This document shows, one piece after another, positions 54,700-64,000 of a stretch of 64,000 nucleotides of DNA; within the stretch, counting starts at the first letter, position 1, and each line of letters starts with the position of its first letter. The position numbers and the translations under genes were made by a program. Source of the stretch: Callorhinchus milii (taxonomy: Eukaryota); NCBI RefSeq assembly GCF_018977255.1, contig NW_024704742.1, positions 60,576,001 to 60,640,000 on the forward strand, read 5' to 3'. Under the pieces are notes generated by a model. That model saw nothing but the letters and a program-made list of their open reading frames with translations. It was not told the origin of the DNA and did no database searches.

Positions 54700-55058
54700 T
54701 GTGATCACTAAACAAGCCAGAGGCCCTGGGCTTGATTCCCGGACGAAGCAATAAGAGCCTTGGACAGGTTTCCTTGCTCTGTGCATACACCTCTGTTTAT
54801 CTAGCAGTAGGTAGGAAGGTTGTTAGTCGATTGGCGGATCGCTTTCCGGGGGTAATAATCCCTTCAAATTAATAATAATGTGATCAATCAATCCATGACT
54901 GTTTGTGGGACAGTATGCAATTGGCTGCCGGTTTTGCCCACAAAACACACAGTCACTACATTTTACAGTATATCCTGTGAAGCGCTTTGAGACAAATCAA
55001 AGATGTGATAAGGCACTGTGTCAAATGCAAAGATTATTATTATCATTATTATTATTAT
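54700..55058 (+). mobile_element. SINE family A, long form with divergent head
   Basis: CCTTGGACAGGTTTCCTTGCTC..CTGTTTATCTAGCAGTAGGTAGG..GGCGGATCGCTTTCCGGGG..tail. Confidence 0.8.
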
Positions 55059-55730
55059 GTTCTTTTGTATGTAAAAGAGTAATGCTTTCTGGACTTTAGT
55101 ATGGCTGGATTCACTATTTGTCTAATTCATTGCTGATCTGAAATATTCCATTCACACTGTCTTGGCATTTTTGCAAGTGTTATGTTGTACCTCTCATGGT
55201 CAGAGAATCAAATGCCTGGACTGTTGCTATACCATCGACTCTTTTTCCCAGCAAGTCAAAACCTACATTCCAACAGTTCTACTTGTCTCCACTCTGGATG
55301 ATTTCCTTTTGTGCATTCTCTCTCACTACTTGTACTGTCTTGGGTGGAATAAACATTCTAAATATAAAATAGGTCTGGATTGTTTCTGTAATTCCAGTGG
55401 CTAGGATGACAATAAGAAAGAAAGACCCTGCAATTGTATAGTGCCTTAGCACGTTCAAACTTCTCGAGTACACTGACTATTTTTGACCAACATTTGCTTG
55501 CCAGCGAGATCCTACAAACAGCAATGAGGTGAATGCCGATTTGATCAGGTGGACAGTGGGTCATGGCACTGGGATTTTTTCAAATAGTGTCACGCATCTC
55601 TAAACTGATTAAAAGTGAATTGGGGGAGAGAAATGCAACATGTCATGTGATAATTATTAATAGTCTTTAATTGTCATTTGGCTTCAGATTTGAAACCCTT
55701 GATTTTGGCAAAATATAGGGGTCCAAAACT

Positions 55731-55953
55731 GATCAAAGCCTGCAGCTGCTTCCATTGTGGTTCGTTGCCCACATTTCAATGCCACTCTTTGTAAAGCACT
55801 CCTCCCCACGACTGACCTCAGCACAACATGGGTCTGAAGCAGATCAAAGCATCTCGCTGCTGCCATTGTTATTGGTGCCCGCATTTCAGTGGCACTCTAT
55901 GTGAAATACACTCCACCCTTCCCTGGTTTCAGCACAATGCTGTGGCCTGAAGC
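55731..55953. repeat. Diverged tandem duplication, 111-bp period, about 2 units
   Basis: GATCAAAGC..GCTGC..CCATTGT..TGCCC.CATTTCA..CACTCT..TCAGCACAA..CTGAAGC occurs at both 55731 and 55842. Confidence 0.8.
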
Positions 55954-56136
55954 CAGCCTGAGGTGTTCAGTGGTTTCCATTAGAGTTGCCTCTTGCAGAG
56001 CCCAATGTTTGAGTGTCATTTCACAGATCTCAGATTGATCTCAGATGGATCTCAGATAGATAGAGAGAGAGAGAGAGAGAGAGTTCAATACAGCTGTCTG
56101 TTTGCCTGTGTTACATTTGTGATTGGCACATGTGCC

Positions 56137-56630
56137 AACAACAACAACTTGCTTTTATATAGCACCCTCCACACTGGGCAGCGTCCCAGAGTGCTTAACA
56201 ATGGCAGAGCCCAAGGCCGAGCCAGAGAGAGGGGGAAGGTGACCATAGGCACGGTCAAAGAGGAAGGTCTTCAGGTGCAAACCTGAAGATGCTGAAGGCG
56301 GGGACGAGATAAAGGGATTGAGGGAGGGAGTTCGAAAGTTTTGGGGAGTAGTGGCTGAAGGCACGGCTGCCGATGGTGGAGCGGAGGATTCGGGGGATGC
56401 AGAGGAGGCCGGACCCAGTAGAGCAGAGGCAGTGGGTGCTGCTGTGGGGAGAGAGGAGGTTAGAGAGATCGGGGGGTGCCAAGGAATGGAGGGATTTAAA
56501 CACTAGCATGAGGATCTTGAAGTCGATCTGCTCTGTGACAGGGAGCCAGTGGAGTTTGGCAAGGACTGGAGTGATCGGGGTACAGAGTTTGGGGGTGTGG
56601 GTGAGAATGCGGGCTGCGAAGTTTTGTGCC
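56137..56630 (-). mobile_element. L2 3' fragment
   Basis: QNFAARIL..LHWLPVTEQIDFKILMLVFKSLH..GSRAFSHYSPKL. Confidence 0.9.
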
Positions 56631-56721
56631 ATACAATATTGATACCATTATGGAATGATTTAGGTTTGATCCACAGTCTGTCCCATATTAGCTGTTCTCA
56701 GCTGAATAGCAGCAGCAGGAG

Positions 56722-57113
56722 ACTCAGTCGGTAGTACTTTAACCTCTGAGTCAGAAGGTTGTGGGTTCAAGCCCCACGTTGGAGTTTTGAGCTCACACGG
56801 GCACAGTGGTGGGGCACTGCCTTGTTGAAGGTGCCTTCCTTTGGATTAGATGATAAACAGTGATCCTTCTGACTGTTCAGGTGGATGGTAAAGATCCCAT
56901 GGCACTATTCAAAAAGAGAAAGGAGTTTCTCAGCCAACAATCCCCAGATAATATTGGTCATTAACATCATGGCTGTGTGTGAGACATTGCTGTGTGAAAC
57001 TTGGCTGCCCCATTTGTCTACAAAATACACAGTCACTAGTATATGCTATGAAGTGATTTGAGACATCTCACCGCCATGATAAGTTGCTACATCAAATGCA
57101 AGGATTATTATTT
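56722..57113 (+). mobile_element. SINE family B, full length
   Basis: Head CTCTGAGTCAGAAGGTTGTGGGTTCAAGCCCC, core GTAAAGATCCCATGGCACTATTC, tail. Confidence 0.85.
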
Positions 57114-59189
57114 TTAATGTTGGCATCAGTGCCTCGGTGTTAACAAGATTTCCACTCCTCATTCAATCCTTGGCTTGTGCTGTGTATAGTGATGTCAACC
57201 TGCCAAGGGAGTGGATTTTTTGAAAAGAGCAAAATATGGCTAACACATACTGTTCTAAATTATTGTTCAGAGATATGATTCACCCACAGCACAAAGCAAG
57301 GTGTCAAAAATAATAATCCTTGCATTTGATGTAGCACTTTATTATGTCACCGAGAAGTCTCAAATCACTTAATAGCATATATTGTAAAATGTAGTGGCAA
57401 AACTAACAGTGAGGCTGATGATACAATTGGAAATTATTAAAGAGACTGCAGGATTAGGTCTAACTATTATAATATTACAGCAGGTAATTTGATAGGTTCA
57501 CAAATTAGCAGACAATTGTTTCTCCATTACTTTGAACTTACCCCAGATGGCAACAGTGATACAAATTTATACATTGGGTAGCAAAAGTTATAGTAAGTGT
57601 ACTTGAGCACATACTGCAATAAAAAGATATATAAATCACTCTTGCACATTTTGGGTAATGCTTTCACAATGGTTAATCTCAATTATTCTCTGCAGAACGC
57701 ACAGGCAGCTGAGCTGGGTTCCGAAATACCACACTGGCTTCACTCAGTCTTTCTTGGTGGCTGAAGATGAAGTTAATTTATATTTAACAGAGCCATTAAG
57801 ATATGCATTCCAGTGCATTGGACTCAGCTCCACCAAAACATAACCTGTGATAGATGTCATGAGACCATGGTGGGAAAGCAACCACACCTCTCATATATTA
57901 ATCATTATACACACAACTATGTCAATCTGAACAAATCATTTGGCTTCTATTGGAATCACAGACTGTCGTAACACAGAAACAGGGCATTTGGTCGATTGAG
58001 TCCACACTGGTATCTTTTTCCATGTTGCCTAGTTGAATTAAACTCTCCTCATCACTCCCACTATTGTTTAACGTTCTTTCTCTTCAAGAATGCATTAAAA
58101 TAATTTTAAAATACTTTATGAAGTCTGCCTTAACATTGAATAGCAGAAGCCAATAAAAATCTGAAATATCATAATCGTTGCATTTAATAGAACGCCTTGC
58201 ACATCAGGAGGATGTCTCAAAACTCTTCGCAGGATTGACTGTAAAGTGCCATGGCCATGTACTTTTAGATAAAGATAAATTATACACTAAACAATGCAGG
58301 TCTCAGAACACCCTTGTGATAACTTTCTGTAGGTAAATTAATCTATACATCTTCGTAGAACCATTTATTCCATTTAGATTCTTATCAACAAGCAAAATAA
58401 TCTAAGGGAAGAGTTTATAGACATGATGTAGTTCAATGATCTGTTGTTCCAATCACATCTTGTACTGCAAAACTAAAGATGATTATTTGATTTTTAATAA
58501 AGTAAAATATAAAAATATGAAAACATGCTGACAAATTCACCCTGGCCAACACGGTGGTTGCATAGCTGAATTATTGGACTTACCTTTTCCTGGAACTGAG
58601 CCAGTATGTACTTAGTGATAAAAAGGAAAGCCAAGTTTGTACCTTTGAAATAGAATGGAAATGCACAGCAATTTTATTAGCTCACTGGAAGGAAGAGATT
58701 AGGATTTGACAGCCTTTTATTAAAACTGTTTTTATTCCAGTACTGTACCTACTTATTAGTTCATTTAATAGAAAGAAATAACTTGTAATTTTATGATATC
58801 TTCTCACAACGTAGAATACTGTATTTATATATACTGTTGTCTCTCTTGTACATAAAAGAAATGCCTCAAAACCTTTCCTGTATTTATAAAAACAGTGACT
58901 GTTTGTGCAGGCAAATTTTACAGTCATTTGAACCAGCGAAACCCATAAACAGCCATGAAGTGAAGGATCAACTATGTGGAGGATTGTTGGTCAGGATACC
59001 AGGAGAAACTCCCTTCTCTTAGTGATTTAATTTTAGTATTGTTGATAAAAACAGTCTTTATGTTTTGGAAATGGTATTCAAGCCTACAGATTAATTCTTT
59101 CTAGAATTTTTCTCTATAGTATGTGATATAATACATATATAAAATACATATAATATATACAATTTTGCAAGAAAATTGCAATCTCCTAT

Positions 59190-59530
59190 TTTGTTCCAAT
59201 TTTTCTCCCCTTTGTTTTGCATTATTAACATCCCTTTCCCCCTGTTTTGTTGCAATTCCCCCCTTTGTTTATCATTATTAACACCACTTTAAGCCATCAT
59301 CCCCTGTCCTTTACCCCATTTTCTCCTTTGTCTTCCTTGCCCTGCCTCACCCCTCTCTGTTAGCCCTTAACGGCCTCTCCCCCACAACGTACCCCAGTTC
59401 TGACGAAGGGTCGTGGACTCGAAACGTTGACTCACTTTCCTTTCTCCATAGATGCCGCCTGACCTACTGAGTGTTCCCAACGACTTCTGTTTTTGTTTCA
59501 GATTTCCGGCATCTGCAATATTTTGCATTT
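59190..59530 (+). mobile_element. Penelope-like element terminal repeat
   Basis: Pyrimidine-rich run, hammerhead core, then CTCCATAGATGCCGCCTGACCTACTGAG..TTTCAGATTTCC terminus. Confidence 0.75.
59396..59432 (+). ncRNA. Minimal type I hammerhead ribozyme motif
   Basis: Stem I AGUU/GACU; core CUGACGA; stem II GGGUC-GUG-GACUC; GAAA; palindromic AACGUU in place of stem III. Confidence 0.6.
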
Positions 59531-59534
59531 AGTG

Positions 59535-60118
59535 ACTATCCTCCTTGGGAGGAGATAAGCGGGGTCTCCTTGGAGCTGAACTGGCTGCAAGGTGATTTCC
59601 CCGACTATGGAATGTCGGAATCAAGCCAGCCCTCTGTGTCAGCCTTGGTAGTCCGGTTCCTGAGCCAGACGAGTCCATAGGATTCCAGGGCACTGCTGAT
59701 GACAGCACAGCCAGCCAGGCTCATAGGCAGGACCTGGAAGGGCAGACCAGTCACTGGGGGCAGGGAGTCATCCCACTCAGCTCCTGTTAACCCTGCAAAC
59801 CAAAGCCCTAATGTAGGGTGGTCCTAGCTGGACAAGCAGCAGGAAAGCTTGCTGTTTTAACTGGTTAGACCCCAGCAGTACCTCAACGCACACTCTGGAG
59901 TCCCCAAGCCTTGACTTTTGCCAACCTGTGCCTAATATTTTCCGGAATTAGGTAAGCAGCAAGCGTTTCTCCAGGGAGAGTGCGCATTCCATTCCAACAA
60001 TCTATCTCTGAGATTTTCATGTGTAGGTGGGATGAATGGAAATCTCAGTTTGGTTTGGCTACTCTTAAGCATGGAGATGGGTTTCCGCATGTGTCAGATG
60101 CCCAGCTGACAAAAAAAA
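59535..60118 (+). mobile_element. Family X, full-length copy
   Basis: Collinear with 36366-36967 (minus); 5' hairpin TCCTCC-TTG-GGAGGA; ends GCTGAC(A)8. Confidence 0.85.
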
Positions 60119-61345
60119 TGTATGAATTGGAGGAGCAGGGAAACAAAGAAATACCGATACGTAGCTAAGGATAATCAATAACTGGAACAGGTTGCTGGGA
60201 AATGTGGTTGAGAACAGGACACTGGACTTATTTAAAAAGCAGCTTGAAGCTGTGATGAGGGGATGACTAAGAGATGAAGAACATGAAGGGATAAGGGAAA
60301 GAGCAGGGAATATGTGACAAGATCAGAGAGCTCCAGTGGGAAAACTAAAACAGTGATCATTTGTACAGAAGACTGACCTCTTCTGTGTTGTAAACATTTC
60401 TTTCACAAGTTATTCTATGATTAGAGCATGTGTGAGTAAGGAGCCCATATATTGTAATCACTTTAGTGGATAAAAAAAAATGTGCTCATTGCAGAAAAAA
60501 TCTGCTCATTGCAACATATTCAAGACTGAGATTGATAACTGAGATCTAAAAGGATTAAGGGATAATCCCTTTAGATCTCAGTCGCACAAACGACTGTTTC
60601 TGGGACACTGCTGTGCGCAATTGGCTGCCGCGTTTCGCTCACAAATATACGGTCAATCCACTTTACAGTATATTCTTTGAAGCGCTTTGAGACGTCTAGA
60701 AGACGTGAAAAAGCGCTATATCAAATGCAAGGATTATTATTTATTATTAAATGGAATTAGGTTAGAAGATCAGCCATGATCTTATTAAAAGGTAGGGCAG
60801 GCTCGAGGGGCCAAATGGCCTACTGCTGCTCCTAGTTCATATGTTTTAGAAACAGTAGGCCATTCAGACCCTGGAGCTGTTCCGCCATTGCATAAGATCC
60901 TGGCCAACCTGTACCTCAAATCCAATTACCCACCCTTGCCCCATATCCCTTACTACCCTGACTAACTAATAGCTATCTACCTCAATCTTGAAGACTTGAA
61001 TGGATCCAGCTTAATAGTAGACTTCATTCAAAAATGTAAAAAATCATGTTCTTTCTTTAGTTTCCTATGAATCATGTAGATCAAAGTAGAATATTGAAAT
61101 GATCTCAACAATTAAATGTCACTCCCACAATTACAAAGAGATTTGAGGAATTACACGGTTGAGGAATTATTTGCAACAGAAAAGTTAGGAATTATGAGCA
61201 ATACCTGAAGCCAAAATTTAAAATTTTTCATGTGGGACAATAAATTATCAAAACATTTTGTAATGAACTGTTAGGCAACATAATCAAATTTAAACTTTAA
61301 CATAGAAATATCAACATAATTTATGATTCAAATGTTAGGATTCCA
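60108..61345 (-). repeat. Inverted copy of 27440-28340 (copy 2), later interrupted by CR1/SINE pieces at ~60515-61013
   Basis: Three collinear blocks: 60108-60495, 61014-61109 and 61110-61345. Confidence 0.92.
60515..61010. mobile_element. CR1 3' end (+, 60515-60845) split by a SINE A 3' half (60583-60748), followed by a second CR1 3' end (-, 60848-61010)
   Basis: Matches 2185-2346; the minus copy has TAGGCCATTCAG..CCCCATATCCCTT. Confidence 0.85.
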
Positions 61346-61469
61346 TTCAAACAATCTATCTCTGGAATTTCCATGTATAAGGTGGGATGCTTGGAAATCT
61401 CATCTTAGTTTGGATACTGTTAAGCATGGGGATGATTTTCCGCATGTGTCAGACTGACCCCCCAAAAAA
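61340..61469 (+). mobile_element. Family X, 3' ~125 bp
   Basis: Direct repeat of 59986-60118. Confidence 0.85.
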
Positions 61470-61514
61470 TCAGGTTGTCTCTTACATCATTTCTTGTAAC
61501 AGCATTAAATGCAA

Positions 61515-61600
61515 GGGCAGGAAGTCATTCCAGCCGCGATTTGACAACCGGAAAGTCAGCCATTTTCAGTACGCAGGAAGTCAGCGCCGGAATAAACTGA
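61515..61600. promoter_or_regulatory. Candidate ETS/YY1 promoter-like element
   Basis: CAGGAAGT twice, CCGGAA twice, GCCATTTT, and local CpG retention outside any recognised repeat. Confidence 0.35.
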
Positions 61601-63834
61601 GAGGTCCCTTATGAGAACCTGAAGGGACGCCTTATACTAGGGTTCTACAGCGGTATTAGTACTGATGTAGTCCAGTACCAGCGCAACAATAATAAAATCA
61701 CATCTGTTTTGTCTAGACTGCAGCAAAGTTTACCCATGTAACCTTGATCTGAAGCAAACATAACATTAAGTATCAAAACAGATAGTTATGTACAGTGTGT
61801 GCCAAGACTAGAGGATACAGATGACAGCAAATTTATTGCTTAGACATTGATCTCTGCAACCTCTACATTCTGCAGCAGCACACAAATTACTCACTGTTTT
61901 GCAATGATTATGTTGAGAAACAAATACCCCTGTATGATCTGAGCCATCAACCACCTTAAGTATATACTCTCATAAATTAGGTACATGAAGTTAGATACAG
62001 GACAGTCGATGGATTCAAACAGCAGAGGTTTGCTACGACATTCATTGCAGGCACTTTGCTTTATAGTAAATCCTGTGAAGTGCTCTGAGATGTCTTCCCA
62101 ACATAAAAGACGTTGTCTCAAATACAAGGATCACTATAGTTGTTTAACATGGATGCAGCTTTTACCATGGAATCCTAATAATAATCGAGTTATAATCCTT
62201 GCAATTCATACAGTTCCTTTCACGCTGGGAGGAAGTCTCAGAGCTCTTCAAAGGATTTTACTGTGAAGTGGACTAACTGTGAATGCAGTAGCACATTTGC
62301 ACACAGTTTGCACACATAAAACTGAATGAGCAGTTTTATGTTCAGGACTGTTGACCAGGACACCAGAAGAAACTCTCTTCTCTATTGGGAAGGGATCCTC
62401 AACATTTATGAATTTAAGGCTTGCTCACTCCTGGCTGCAGCACTTTGAAGTCTTCAGCCATAAAATGACTTTCTCAAATTGAATTTTATTGTGTGTTATC
62501 GCTATGATACGTCTCTGGATTCCCTTTGATTCTGTAATCACCAGCGTTCAGTAAAATAGTGAATATAATTCACAAGATCACAAGAGAGGTTCAAATAAAG
62601 ACAGCCCATTTGATCTCATTCTTGCAGAAAACCAAACTACCATCTACGCATTGATAATAAACTGGATGTCAGACTTGATATTTACACAATGATTTACTCA
62701 TTTGAAAGATTCTAGATAGTTTTCAAATTTAAAGCTGATACCGAAAAGCTTCATTTATTTTCCAGTTGTCTGCATAATCACTTACTGCGTTAGTAATATC
62801 TAATACTATGATGAGTTTACGTAAACTAAACGAAAGTACATCCATAGTTGGAATTACTAATAGAAACTTTTTGATCTTTTGAGAACTAAATTGACACAAA
62901 GTTGAAGTCCTGATGTTGTACCTTTAGTTATATTTGTAACATTCTTCTTGAAGGAAAAATTTCGAACGTAATAATCTTTGCATTTCATATAGTGTCTTTC
63001 AGTTGAGAGGAATGTCTTAAACACTTCACAGGATTTACTGCAAAATGCAATCTTTTCAAATAGTGCCAATTGGGATCTTTAATGTCCACCTGAGCAGGCA
63101 GACAGGATCTTGGTTTAACTTCTCATCTGAAAGACATTAAGGATGAAAGAATTGCGACAATGCTGGTCACCCTCACTAGTTGCTATCAACCAAACCAGGC
63201 TGACAAACATCAGAAAGCATTTATTTACATAATGGGCGATCAACAGCTTGAAACAGTCAACACTAATTTAAGAAACTGGAGGAACAGTGTAATGGGAAGA
63301 GAGTAGGATTGGTATTTTGGACCAATGGGCCAAGGAGCTTTCTTTAACCAAACCTCTCCGTGAGATCTTGTCAATGGGTTGGTCAGTGTTGGAATTCGTA
63401 TTATATTGAAGTAGAAACTAATGATGCCACTTAAAGTCTACATCCAAGATTGAACTCTTGGGGACATGCTGTACTTTCTCCTGAATGTGGGAAAGCACTC
63501 GCATCTCTGGTTTGTCCCTGCCAGTGTCTATCTTTACCAGTACAACAGCTGTGCTAATAATAATAATTATAATCCTTACATTTGGTATAGTGCCTTTCAC
63601 ATCAGGAGGAAATCTCAAAGTGCTTCACAGGGTTTCATTGTTTAGGGTCTAAATCCTTACAAGGAGGCAAGGGAAAAATATCCTGCTGTGATACTAAGTC
63701 ATCACCTCAATAGCATTCTCAAGAACAACAAGCGCAGATGCCTAGAAGCCAATTTGCCACAGACAGTAAAATTATGTTCTACCTTTACACAAGCTCCTGG
63801 TACTCCTTTTCTCAATGTTAGCTCACTGTCATTG

Positions 63835-64000
63835 TGGCTGGGGAAGGGTTTCTTCCCACTCAGCTCCCGTTAACATTGTAAGCCAAAGCCCTAGCGGGTA
63901 GGGTGGTCCGAATTGTGGGAAGCTTGCCAGACAGTGTTTTCAATAGTAAGCTATGTTGTTTTAGTTAGTTAGACTCCAGCAGTACCACAATGCACACTCT
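63835..64000 (+). mobile_element. Family X middle part, runs off the window end
   Basis: TCCCACTCAGCTCC.GTTAAC..CCAAAGCCCTA..GTAGGGTGGTCC..GTTAGACTCCAGCAGTACC matches 59770-59895. Confidence 0.8.

Noticed and set aside
59690..59750. CTGATGA in family X as a hammerhead core
   Set aside because: No stem II and GAAA follow it.

Overview
Repeat-dense, AT-rich vertebrate non-coding DNA, either intergenic or deep intronic. The repeat mix suggests a cartilaginous fish, possibly a chimaera such as Callorhinchus; this is inference from DeuSINE-like, L2, CR1 and Penelope-type repeats. I could not identify a host protein-coding gene. Almost every long ORF in the track is an L2/CR1 fragment, a SINE read-through or a homopolymer artefact. 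The window contains: many L2 LINE fragments (one nested copy with a readable APE endonuclease), CR1 fragments, two tRNA-derived SINE families sharing an L2-type 3' stem-loop, Penelope-like termini with minimal hammerhead ribozyme cores, very decayed RT fossils, and a ~600-bp A-tailed interspersed repeat I cannot assign ('family X', 6 copies or fragments). The most unusual structure is a ~0.9-kb segment (27440-28340) copied in inverted orientation to 60108-61345. It is bracketed by a duplicated ~125-bp family X 3' end, with microhomology at both junctions. All alignments were done by eye, so boundaries are approximate and family names need database confirmation.
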